A DNA stretch of 64,000 nt. Source: Clostridia bacterium. Its GTDB lineage: Bacteria > Bacillota > Clostridia > UMGS1840 > HGM11507. The position numbers were made by a program, and so were the translations under genes. The notes beneath the pieces are model-generated. The model did not search any database, was not told the origin of the DNA, and was given only the letters and a program-made list of their open reading frames with translations. This document shows, piece by piece, positions 46,101 through 55,385 of this stretch. The DNA lies in contig JAFQLQ010000003.1 in NCBI GenBank assembly GCA_017414505.1, positions 23,994 to 87,993 of the forward strand, in the 5' to 3' direction. Every line of letters starts with the position of its first letter. Position 1 is the first letter of the stretch.

Positions 46101-47102
46101 ATGGAAAAATTATTTGTAGCTATTCCGGAGGGGGCTGTTAAATCAACATTTGTTCCGGAAAATGTTCAGAAATTTGCAGAAGCAAATTTTGATGTTACCT
46201 ATGCAGAAAAACGTCTTTCAAAAGAGGAACTAAGACCTATTCTTATGAACTATGATGCAGTTCTTACCGGATGGGGAAACTGTATGCTTGATAAAGAAGT
46301 TTTAGAAGGTAACGACCGCCTGAAGCTTATTGTACATACCGGCGGAACCGTAGGTAATCTTGTGGACAGTTATGCTTACGACGCAGGCAAAACTGTTTTC
46401 AGCGGAAATATTATGTATGCGGAATCTGTAGCAGAGGGTGTACTTTCCTATATGCTTATGGCACAAAGAAGAATTCCCCAGTATATAGATGCCGTAAAAA
46501 AAGGTGAGTGGAGAACCGAAGCCGATTTGTGGGAAGGCTTGCTTGATAAAACAGTAGGTATTATTGGTCTTGGAACAATATCCAAATTACTTATTCCGCT
46601 TCTGAAACCCTTCAGAGTTAAAATAAAACTGTTTACACGTTATCTTCCCGATGAAGCATTTATGAAGGAATATAACATTTCCGGTGCATCTTTGGAAGAA
46701 ATTTTCTCTACCTGTGATATTGTTTCGGTTCATTCTGCATTAAATGCGGAAAACAGAGGACTTATTACAAAAGAGTATTTTGAAATGCTTAAGGATAATT
46801 CTCTTTTTATAAACACTTCAAGAGGTGAAGTAACAGACGAGGAAGCTCTGATTGAAGAATTGAAGAAAAACCGTTTCCGTGCAGTTCTTGATGTTTTCCA
46901 TAAAGAACCGCTTGATAAGGATAGTGAATTAAGAAAACTTGAAAATGTTTATTGTATTCCGCATATGGCAGGACCTACCCTGGACAGACGTGAAAAAATA
47001 ACAACAGCTCTTATAAAAGAAGCACGGAATTTCTTTGACGGTAAAAAGAATTCAGAATTTGAAATAGCTGCCGGAGTAGCAAAACGAATGACAAAAATGT
47101 AG
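46101..47102 (+). CDS. D-isomer-specific 2-hydroxyacid dehydrogenase family protein
   Basis: NAD fold GIIGLGTIS and a catalytic Arg/Glu/His pattern (NTSRG, KEPL, PHMAG). Confidence 0.8.
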   Translation: MEKLFVAIPEGAVKSTFVPENVQKFAEANFDVTYAEKRLSKEELRPILMNYDAVLTGWGNCMLDKEVLEGNDRLKLIVHTGGTVGNLVDSYAYDAGKTVFSGNIMYAESVAEGVLSYMLMAQRRIPQYIDAVKKGEWRTEADLWEGLLDKTVGIIGLGTISKLLIPLLKPFRVKIKLFTRYLPDEAFMKEYNISGASLEEIFSTCDIVSVHSALNAENRGLITKEYFEMLKDNSLFINTSRGEVTDEEALIEELKKNRFRAVLDVFHKEPLDKDSELRKLENVYCIPHMAGPTLDRREKITTALIKEARNFFDGKKNSEFEIAAGVAKRMTKM

Positions 47103-47118
47103 TTTGGGAGATTTAAGT

Positions 47119-49008
47119 ATGCTTTGCAAAAGAGATATAAAAGATTATGCAGTTAAAATTTGTGTTCCTCTTATGGAACGTAATATGAGAAGAATGCAAA
47201 ACGGTGACTGGGGATTCAAACCTGATCAGGTTGGCTATGTTCCCACATTCCTTGAAAATTTCTGCCGTCCTTTCTGGGGAATTGCTCCTGTTATTTCCGA
47301 TGGCGAGGACATAATTCTTGATGCAAACGGAGAAAAAATAACTGTTTTTGAATATATGAGACTGACTCTTAACAAAGGTCTTTCTCACGGTGAAAAGTAT
47401 TCGTGGGACACACATAAGGATATTATGAATATGAATCCTTATTGTTATGAAAATCAGAATATAACTGAGCTTGCAGGACTTATGGTTGGCATTTATTTTG
47501 CGAAGGATCAGCTTTGGGAGCCACTTTCTGAAGCAGAAAAAGAAATGTATGCAAAAGAACTGTACGAAATGGCTGAGATTGCATATGACAATTCCTGGCC
47601 TAACAACCATTATTGGTTTCCGTTATTTGTATTTACAGTTTTAAAACGTTTTGGATATAATTTTGAAAGACTTGACGAAATGATTGACGGAGGTCTTGCG
47701 TTTCTTAACGGACTGTATTTAAGCGACGGCTGGTTTGTTGACGGTGCTTTCGGAAGATTTGATTATTACGAAGCCTGGGCACTTCACATGTATCCTCTTT
47801 TATGGACTCTTATTGCAGATGAAAGTTTTAATAATTATGAAGAGCATAAGAAAAAATTTATTTCAAGAACCAACGAATTTATTGAATATTTTACCCATTG
47901 GTTTGATGCAAACGGTGCAAATGTAGCTTTCGGCCGTTCTCTTACATATCGTTTTGCGGCTTGTTCGCTGTTTCCGGTAGCTGTTCTTGCAGGGTGTGAT
48001 GTAAATCCCTCTCTTGCAGGCAGAATAACTGCAAAAAATATAGAATTTTTCAAAAACAACGTAAGAAATGAAGAATCAGATATTTTACCGGAAGGCTACT
48101 TGTATCACGCACCGGCTATAATTGAGGGCTACACATCAGACGGCGGTGCGTACTGGTGCTGTAAAGCTTTTTTTGCGCTTTTAATTGACGATGATCATCC
48201 TTTCTGGGATTATGACAAAGCCTTGCTTCCATCCGAAAAAGGGGATTTCCTTGTTGATGCAAAGCATAAAGATATAAATCTTATTTTTGAAGGTCATAAC
48301 GGAATTGTCAATTTGTTCAGCAACACTGCATATACTACCGGAAAAAGACCGTTCAGCTTTGGTAATGAGAGAAGCTGGTATTCAAAATTCGTATATAATT
48401 CCGCAGTGGGATTTGGTTGTTCTGTAATAGAAAAAATGTCAGTTGACAGTATGATTTCTCTTGTTACAGAAGACGAAACAATGTGTTCCCACCGTCTTGC
48501 TTTTGAAAATCTTGGTGTTGAAAACGGAATTTTACATTCCAGACATATTCCTTTTACAAATGATAAGGAAAGTACTGTTGAATCCTGGATTTTACCTATG
48601 GGCGAATACCACATTCGTATTCATAAGGTTAAGCTTTCCCAGGAATATTATGTAAAAGAAGGCGGATTTTCTGTTGGCAGCTGGGACGATTACAGACCTT
48701 CGAAATTTGGTGGAGATACTGCATCTGTTGAAAATTATGATTATATTTCAGTTATGAAAAGCGTTTCTACTGCAGAAATTGAAATGAATTATGAGGATAC
48801 ACAGGCAAACTTCCATTTGTATGCACCTCTTGCCGGTTATCCTATTTATAAAACCAAAGAAGCGTTAAAACCCGGTGAATACATTTTTGCATCAGCTTTT
48901 GCAGTAAAAAAAGTTGACGATAATATAATTCTGCCCGATATTGTAATTAAAGATGGCGGAGTTGAAATCATAGGAAAAGAAAAAAATATATTTGTAGAAA
49001 TAAAATAA
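47119..49008 (+). CDS. DUF2264-like protein, copy 1 (unknown function)
   Basis: About 630 aa with a helical N-terminal two-thirds and a beta-rich C-terminus. Blocks such as FGRSLTYRFAA are what I associate with DUF2264. ATG 47119 aligns with the start of the paralogue. Confidence 0.7.
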   Translation: MLCKRDIKDYAVKICVPLMERNMRRMQNGDWGFKPDQVGYVPTFLENFCRPFWGIAPVISDGEDIILDANGEKITVFEYMRLTLNKGLSHGEKYSWDTHKDIMNMNPYCYENQNITELAGLMVGIYFAKDQLWEPLSEAEKEMYAKELYEMAEIAYDNSWPNNHYWFPLFVFTVLKRFGYNFERLDEMIDGGLAFLNGLYLSDGWFVDGAFGRFDYYEAWALHMYPLLWTLIADESFNNYEEHKKKFISRTNEFIEYFTHWFDANGANVAFGRSLTYRFAACSLFPVAVLAGCDVNPSLAGRITAKNIEFFKNNVRNEESDILPEGYLYHAPAIIEGYTSDGGAYWCCKAFFALLIDDDHPFWDYDKALLPSEKGDFLVDAKHKDINLIFEGHNGIVNLFSNTAYTTGKRPFSFGNERSWYSKFVYNSAVGFGCSVIEKMSVDSMISLVTEDETMCSHRLAFENLGVENGILHSRHIPFTNDKESTVESWILPMGEYHIRIHKVKLSQEYYVKEGGFSVGSWDDYRPSKFGGDTASVENYDYISVMKSVSTAEIEMNYEDTQANFHLYAPLAGYPIYKTKEALKPGEYIFASAFAVKKVDDNIILPDIVIKDGGVEIIGKEKNIFVEIK

Positions 49009-49082
49009 TAAAAAAGCGGCGTAGCATATCACTGATGTGCGCCGCTTACTGCTTATGACTTAAAAACAGGAGGATTCATAAT

Positions 49083-50975
49083 ATGCTTAGCAGAAATGAA
49101 ATAAAAGAATATGCTTTAAAAATATGTATTCCGCTTATGGAACGCAATGCTCGCAGAGATGCAAAGGGAGATCTGGCTTTTAAGCCGGATCAGGTGGGTT
49201 ATGTTCCTGCATTTCTTGAAAATTTCTGTAGACCGTTCTGGGGAATTACACCAATACTTGCAGGCGGAGAAGAAATAAATATCAATGTTGACGGTAAAAA
49301 AATATCAATACTTGATTATCTTATAAATACCCTTAACAGAGGCTTATCCCACAACGAAGAATATTCGTGGGACAGATATAAAAAGGATTTTAATCCTTAT
49401 GCGTATGAAAATCAGAATATTACTGAGCTTGCAGGACTTATGCTTGGCTTGTTCTTTGCAAGAGAACGGCTTTGGGAGCCGCTTTCAAAGGACGAAAAAG
49501 ACCTTTATGCTAAGGAAATATATGAAATGGCAGAGGTCGCTTTTGACCATTCCTGGCCTAATAATCACTATTGGTTTCCACTGTTTACTTTTACCGTTTT
49601 AAAACGTTTCGGATATAATTTTGAAAGAATAGACGGGATGCTTGAATACGGTCTTGAATTTCTTGACAGTCTTTATATTGACGACGGTTGGTATAAGGAC
49701 GGTGCGTTTGGCAGATTTGATTATTACGAAGCGTGGTCACTTCATTTGTATCCTCTTTTGTGGACTCTTATTGCAGATGAAACCTTTAAGGATTACGAAA
49801 AATATAAAAATAAATATATTGAAAGAACCAATGCATTTATTGATTACTATACGCATTGGTTTGCGGCAGACGGTGCCAATGTTCCTTTTGGGCGTTCACT
49901 TTCATACCGTTTTGCGGCGTGTGCACTTTTTCCTGCGGCGGTTCTTGCAGGATGTGATATTAATCCGTCGCTTGCCGGCAGAATTACAGCAAAAAATATT
50001 GAATTTTTCAAAAATAATGTTAAAAACGAAGAATCTGACATTATCCCTGAGGGTTACCTGTATCAAAGCCCCTGTGTTATTGAGGGGTATACCTCTGATG
50101 GTGGTGCATATTGGTGCTGTAAAAGTTTCCTTGCTCTTTTGATGGATGAAAATCATCCTTTCTGGGATTATGACAAGGCGGAGCTTCCTTCTGAAAAAGG
50201 AGATTTCCTTGTGAATGCAAAACATAAGGATATAAACATACTTTTTGAAGGTCATAACGGAATTGTAAATATGTATAATAATACTGCGCAGTATTATTAT
50301 GATGGAAAAATGACTCACCGTTTCGGTAATGTGCGAAACTGGTATTCCAAATTTGTGTATAATTCGGCAACAGGCTTCGGATGTTCAGGAGTTGATAATA
50401 TATCAATTGACAGTATGATAGCGCTTGAAACAAAAGACCTTTCAATGACTTCGCACCGATTTGGATTTGAAGATATGGGGTATAACGACGGAGTTTTACA
50501 TTCAAAGCATATTCCGTTTGCAAATGATCAAAAAAGCACCATTGAAACCTGGCTTGTTCCGCTAAACGGATGTCATGTTCGTATTCACAAAGTAAAGCTT
50601 GATAATGAATATTTTGTAAAAGAAGGCGGATTTTCTGTAAGCAGCTGGGATGATTATAAGCCCGTTACAATTGACGGTAATTTCATTTCAATTGCCAATC
50701 ACGAATATGTGTCTCTTATGAAAACGGTTTCAGATGTTGAATTTGAGATGGCTGTTGATCCTACCCAGGCAAGCTATCATATGTATGCGCCATTGGCGGC
50801 TTATCCCGTGTTTACTACAAAAGAAGTGCTAAAGCCCGGCGAATACATTTTTGCATCAGCATTTGCAGTAAAAAAAGCAACAGATGGTGATTTTTACTTA
50901 CCTGAAATGAAAATAACAGATTCAGGTGTTGTAATTTTAAATAAAAGCGAAGAAAAAATTATTAAAATTGATTAA
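49083..50975 (+). CDS. DUF2264-like protein, copy 2 (tandem paralogue)
   Basis: Collinear with copy 1 along the whole length. By eye about three quarters of residues are identical in the N-terminal two-thirds (not computed). Confidence 0.7.
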   Translation: MLSRNEIKEYALKICIPLMERNARRDAKGDLAFKPDQVGYVPAFLENFCRPFWGITPILAGGEEININVDGKKISILDYLINTLNRGLSHNEEYSWDRYKKDFNPYAYENQNITELAGLMLGLFFARERLWEPLSKDEKDLYAKEIYEMAEVAFDHSWPNNHYWFPLFTFTVLKRFGYNFERIDGMLEYGLEFLDSLYIDDGWYKDGAFGRFDYYEAWSLHLYPLLWTLIADETFKDYEKYKNKYIERTNAFIDYYTHWFAADGANVPFGRSLSYRFAACALFPAAVLAGCDINPSLAGRITAKNIEFFKNNVKNEESDIIPEGYLYQSPCVIEGYTSDGGAYWCCKSFLALLMDENHPFWDYDKAELPSEKGDFLVNAKHKDINILFEGHNGIVNMYNNTAQYYYDGKMTHRFGNVRNWYSKFVYNSATGFGCSGVDNISIDSMIALETKDLSMTSHRFGFEDMGYNDGVLHSKHIPFANDQKSTIETWLVPLNGCHVRIHKVKLDNEYFVKEGGFSVSSWDDYKPVTIDGNFISIANHEYVSLMKTVSDVEFEMAVDPTQASYHMYAPLAAYPVFTTKEVLKPGEYIFASAFAVKKATDGDFYLPEMKITDSGVVILNKSEEKIIKID

Positions 50976-50994
50976 CATAAAAGGGGAGAAAAAT

Positions 50995-53040
50995 ATGAAA
51001 AGAGCCTTCAGCACGGTAGCGTGTATGGATTCTTCATATAAAGAAGTTGTTGAAAGTGCCGCAAAAGCGGGTATGAGTGCAGTTGAAATAAGACAGGACA
51101 ACGACGGTTCTCTGTTTGGATTAAACAAAGAACAAATTCCTGAAATGATGGATTACTTTAAAAAATTCGGAGTTGCAGTATCTGATCTTGGAACAGGTAT
51201 AACTGTTTTCGAATATGATGCCGAAAAGGTAAAACAGGCAGATAAAATGCTTGAGATTGCTTCTATGGCAGAGGCAAAGGGCATTCGTGTGTTTCTTGGA
51301 AAATTTGATTCAAAATTTTCCAATCCCGGAGAATTTTGTTACGATGGAATAGTAAAAACATTGAAAGAAATGTGCGCCTGCGCCGTAAAATACGGTGTTG
51401 AAATATGGGTGGAAACACATAATGCCTTTTCTACCGGAAAAGTTCTTAAAAAGCTTTGTGAGGATGTTGCCTGCGACAATATGAAAATTATATGGGATAT
51501 AATTCATTCAATTGAGCAGGATGAAACTCCGGAGGAAACAGTAAATTATATAGCAGATAAAATTGCCCATATACATATAAAGGACGGGGTTCATCCGGAT
51601 GATGATAACGAAATCAACTATGTATATACCCGTCTTGGCTACGGTGAATTACCTGTGGCGGAAATTATTTCATTGTTAAAAAGCATAAATTATAACGGAT
51701 ACCTTTCTCTTGAATGGGAAAAAGCCTGGCGTCCTGAAATTTACGATGCATATGAAAATCTTGATGAAATTCTTGCCGCTTACAACAGCTTTATGGATGG
51801 TATTGAGAATAATCTGTTACCTATGATAAGCAGCGATAAATGGGAAACTGTTGTTCCGAAAGTAAAAAAATTGGCACGTTTTTCAAAAGGAAAATATAAC
51901 GATACTCTTAATATTAACATTAACAGCAAAAGCTACGGAGTTGGAAAATGGGTTGCAACAGCTGATGTGGAAGAAGGCAAAACATACGATTTTTCCGTAA
52001 GTGCCAAAACAGAAGCTGACATTACGGATATTTACGTCATTTATACCACTTTCAGAAAAGACGGAAGTATGATTTTAAGAGACCATGCTCATTTTTCAGA
52101 GGTTGTGGATGGTTTTGTAAGATTCAGCGATAAAATTGAAGCTCTTCCCGACACAGTAAGTGTAAGAATTGAATTATGGCTGAAAGGCTATAAGGGCGAA
52201 GTTTTATGGTATGCACCTGTGTTGAGAGAAAGCGAAGAAAGAAAAGAGAGAAAGGCAAAAATTGCTATAGGCTATATCCCTCCCAAAGACGATGGAATAT
52301 ACACCATTGAAAGTAATGTTGAATCCATAATAAAAGTTATTGATAATTCTGCAAAAAAAGGTGCAGATTTAATAGTTCTTGGTGAATGTATGTATGAAAG
52401 AGGCGTTCCAAAAACATCGCTTGCCCAGTACGCTGAGAGGGATAACGGTTCTATGTGCACAATGATTTCCGGGAAAGCAAAAGAGTATAATGCTTACATA
52501 GTATATAATTTCCATGAGAATGAAAACGGAGAATACTATAATACTTCTGTGCTTTTTGACAGAAAAGGTAAAATTGTCGGTAAATACAGAAAAACACATC
52601 TTACCGTCACAGAATTTGATGAGGGTATGACTCCGGGGGACAGTTATCCTGTTTTTGAAACAGATTTCGGAAAAGTTGGTATGCTTATCTGCTTTGACCA
52701 TTATTTTTCTGATACTGCAGAAAAAATTGCGGCAAACGGTGCTGAAATTATATGCATTTCATCTGCAGGAGATGCGGCGGAAAAATGTATTGCAAGAGCA
52801 ATGGACACCGGAATTTATTTAGCTGTTTGCGGATGGAATCACGAAAATACTCACGATTGGGGTGCAGGAAGAATCGTTGCACCGGATGGAAGTATTTTAG
52901 CTGATACCGAAAGCCTTGACGAGCCTGCATTTGCTGAAATAGACCTTAATAAGCCCGTAAGAAGAGGATGGCTTTCTTTAGGTCCGGCAGATTCGGAATT
53001 TTACGGTGTATATAAATATGAAAAAAATGTTCATTGTTAG
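50995..53040 (+). CDS. Fusion protein: xylose-isomerase-like TIM barrel + beta-sandwich-like middle + carbon-nitrogen hydrolase (nitrilase superfamily)
   Basis: The N-terminal ~275 aa are of the sugar-phosphate isomerase/epimerase type (IWVETHN, HIHIKDG, SLEWE). The C-terminal domain has a Glu-Lys-Cys triad context (VLGE, YRKTHL, MLICFD). ATG 50995 follows GGGGAG. Confidence 0.75.
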   Translation: MKRAFSTVACMDSSYKEVVESAAKAGMSAVEIRQDNDGSLFGLNKEQIPEMMDYFKKFGVAVSDLGTGITVFEYDAEKVKQADKMLEIASMAEAKGIRVFLGKFDSKFSNPGEFCYDGIVKTLKEMCACAVKYGVEIWVETHNAFSTGKVLKKLCEDVACDNMKIIWDIIHSIEQDETPEETVNYIADKIAHIHIKDGVHPDDDNEINYVYTRLGYGELPVAEIISLLKSINYNGYLSLEWEKAWRPEIYDAYENLDEILAAYNSFMDGIENNLLPMISSDKWETVVPKVKKLARFSKGKYNDTLNININSKSYGVGKWVATADVEEGKTYDFSVSAKTEADITDIYVIYTTFRKDGSMILRDHAHFSEVVDGFVRFSDKIEALPDTVSVRIELWLKGYKGEVLWYAPVLRESEERKERKAKIAIGYIPPKDDGIYTIESNVESIIKVIDNSAKKGADLIVLGECMYERGVPKTSLAQYAERDNGSMCTMISGKAKEYNAYIVYNFHENENGEYYNTSVLFDRKGKIVGKYRKTHLTVTEFDEGMTPGDSYPVFETDFGKVGMLICFDHYFSDTAEKIAANGAEIICISSAGDAAEKCIARAMDTGIYLAVCGWNHENTHDWGAGRIVAPDGSILADTESLDEPAFAEIDLNKPVRRGWLSLGPADSEFYGVYKYEKNVHC

Positions 53041-53053
53041 AAATATTTAGTGG

Positions 53054-53082
53054 TTGAAAATCCTTATGATTTGATATAAAAT
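53054..53082 (+). promoter_or_regulatory. Sigma-A-type promoter for the AraC regulator/GH88 pair
   Basis: TTGAAA (53054-53059), a 17-nt spacer, then TAAAAT (53077-53082). Confidence 0.45.
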
Positions 53083-53112
53083 AGTTATATTATTTTAATT
53101 GAGGTATAATTA

Positions 53113-55371
53113 ATGAAACGTTTTTTAAAAACAAAAAGAACTGTTGCGGTTTTTTGGCTGATTTCATATGTGTTTTTACTTCTGATTCCTGTTTTCGGAA
53201 ACGCATATATACTTATGAATGTAAACCACGCGGTTAATCAGGAGGTTAATCTTAAATATTCATATTTCCTGGAGAGTATGGGTGCTGATATCGATATGTA
53301 TTTAAGAGAAATCAATTCGTTGTCGTATGCGATAAGAGATAACGAAGCGGTAAGAAAAATTGCTTCCTGTACAGAAAAAAACACACAGTTTTTATTTGAT
53401 TTGAAAATGACAGCAGAGGAAGTCGACAGATTAAAAAGTGAATTTAAAAATGAGCTTTCTGTTTATATTTATCTTCCTGCAACGGATATGGTAATATATA
53501 ACGGTGCGTATTCTACGTTAAACGAATTTATTGATTATAAATTAAACAGTGCGGTATATAATTTTGATGACTATATAAAACTGCTTGGAAGCGGAACAAC
53601 GGCATTCAGGGATATAACCGTAGATTCTTTGAAAAAATATACATTTTTGTTCCCGATTGTTACACAAGGTGCAAATAATGCAGTTTTAGGCGTGAGCATA
53701 CCGGAGAAATCATTGTTTGGAAAAGAAATTGATATGGAAAAGAACGATATTGTTATTCTTTCTAAAAACGATGATATTTATATCAGCAGTACCGATATAA
53801 GCGAAGAAGTGCTTAATAAAATAAACGAGCTTAATGAAACAGAAATCGGTTATGTAAGAATCAACAATGAATCGGCAGGCATTTCGTACATAAAATCCGA
53901 AAGTCTGAATTTCTATAAATATGTATTTATAGACCGTTCCGGAACCTTGCACAGCGCATCAAAAAAAGTTGTGGCTATTGGTATTGCTATAAGCATTGTA
54001 TCAATTTTGCTTATGCTTCTTGTGCTTTACAGGCTTTACGGCTGGAATTATCTTAACATTAAAGATATTATGAATACTTTGAGCGATTTTGATAATGATG
54101 AGCGTAATGTTGAGAATGAATTTGAGCTTATAAAGAGCAGAATTGAAGTTGCCAAAAACCGCCAGAGTGCAATGGAACGTGATGTTAATTCAAGATTAAA
54201 AGCTCTTAAAGAAGAATTTATAATTGATATGTTAACCGGCGCTGTAGGCAACGAAGAATACATAAATGAAGGCTTAAAAAAATACGATATCCGTTTTGAC
54301 GGTAACTTATTCTGTGTATCCGTGCTGCGTGTTAAGGAATACGGTGTTCTGGAAAACACAAATATTAAAAATATACACTATATAATTCAGAATATAATGA
54401 ACGATATTCTGAAAAACGAAAGCTATTGCAGCTGCGAATATAATGGACTTTTATTTTATATATTCTGCTTTAAAGAAGAAAAAGACATAAACGAAAGACT
54501 TTACAGTATTTTATCCGAAAGCTGTGAAGTTACAAAAATGGCAACTGAAATAGTGTTTACATCTTCCACAAGTGAGGCGGGTGAGGGAATCAGTTCGCTT
54601 CCCAAGCTTTATGAAAGTGCTTTGAGCGTTCTTAATTTAAGTGAATTTTACGGAATGGAAGAGCATATTTTCAAAAAAGATCTGGATGCACAGATGATGG
54701 ATAATACGCCTGTATATTCTGCAAATGTGGAAAATGAAATTATAGTAAGCATAAAATCAGGAGATAAAAAGCAATTTTTCGAAACAATAGATACATTGTT
54801 TAACGATTACGTGCTGGTTAATCACAAATGGGTGTTTATGGGACTTGCATATTCTGTACTTAACAGTATTTTAAAGGTTATAGATATGTCGGGTTCAGGT
54901 AAAACAGAAGAATCTTTTGATATGCTTAATTCCTTCAGAGATTACGACAATATTGAAAAAATCAAAGATTTTATAAAAAAATACGGTATTCACGCAATGG
55001 AGCTTTTCGACAGTGAAAAAGAAGAAAAATCGGAAATTTATGAAAAAGCAATAAAATACATCAATGAACATTATACCGAAAGTGACCTTAACGTTGCAAG
55101 GGTAAGTGAAAATATTGGTGTAACTGCTATTTACCTCGCTTATATCGTAAAACAGAATTCCGGAGTTAAACTAAGTGAATACATTGCAAAACTGCGTGTA
55201 GACAGAGCAAAAGTTCTTCTTGATGAGGACGTTGAAATGAAGGTTGAAGAGGTTGCAAAAATGTCAGGCTTCTGGCAGAACAGAACTTTTTATAACACCT
55301 TTAAAAAATACACAGGTCTTACACCTACACAATACAGAATGCTGAAAAACAATAATGAAAATCAACAATAG
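53113..55371 (+). CDS. Membrane-spanning AraC-family one-component regulator (2 TM, extracytoplasmic sensor-like domain, cytoplasmic HTH)
   Basis: TM1 VAVFWLISYVFLLLIPVF, then about 250 aa of loop, then TM2 VVAIGIAISIVSILLMLLVLY. C-terminal AraC dual HTH (VARVSENIGVTAIYLAYIVK..., VAKMSGFWQNRTFYNTFKKYTGLTPTQYR). Confidence 0.8.
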   Translation: MKRFLKTKRTVAVFWLISYVFLLLIPVFGNAYILMNVNHAVNQEVNLKYSYFLESMGADIDMYLREINSLSYAIRDNEAVRKIASCTEKNTQFLFDLKMTAEEVDRLKSEFKNELSVYIYLPATDMVIYNGAYSTLNEFIDYKLNSAVYNFDDYIKLLGSGTTAFRDITVDSLKKYTFLFPIVTQGANNAVLGVSIPEKSLFGKEIDMEKNDIVILSKNDDIYISSTDISEEVLNKINELNETEIGYVRINNESAGISYIKSESLNFYKYVFIDRSGTLHSASKKVVAIGIAISIVSILLMLLVLYRLYGWNYLNIKDIMNTLSDFDNDERNVENEFELIKSRIEVAKNRQSAMERDVNSRLKALKEEFIIDMLTGAVGNEEYINEGLKKYDIRFDGNLFCVSVLRVKEYGVLENTNIKNIHYIIQNIMNDILKNESYCSCEYNGLLFYIFCFKEEKDINERLYSILSESCEVTKMATEIVFTSSTSEAGEGISSLPKLYESALSVLNLSEFYGMEEHIFKKDLDAQMMDNTPVYSANVENEIIVSIKSGDKKQFFETIDTLFNDYVLVNHKWVFMGLAYSVLNSILKVIDMSGSGKTEESFDMLNSFRDYDNIEKIKDFIKKYGIHAMELFDSEKEEKSEIYEKAIKYINEHYTESDLNVARVSENIGVTAIYLAYIVKQNSGVKLSEYIAKLRVDRAKVLLDEDVEMKVEEVAKMSGFWQNRTFYNTFKKYTGLTPTQYRMLKNNNENQQ

Positions 55372-55385
55372 AAAGGATTAAAAAA

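Noticed and set aside
49014-49047. GC-rich hairpin AAGCGGCG...CGCCGCTT between the DUF2264 paralogues, considered as a terminator
   Set aside because: It has an 18-nt loop and no U-tract. It is more likely an mRNA-stabilising or processing hairpin, or has no function. Not annotated as a terminator.
49642-50142. 166-aa alternate-frame ORF inside DUF2264 copy 2, with a similar peptide (47735-47926) inside copy 1
   Set aside because: The similarity follows automatically from the nucleotide similarity of the paralogues. The frame is broken to 63 aa in copy 1, so there is no sign of selection to keep it open.
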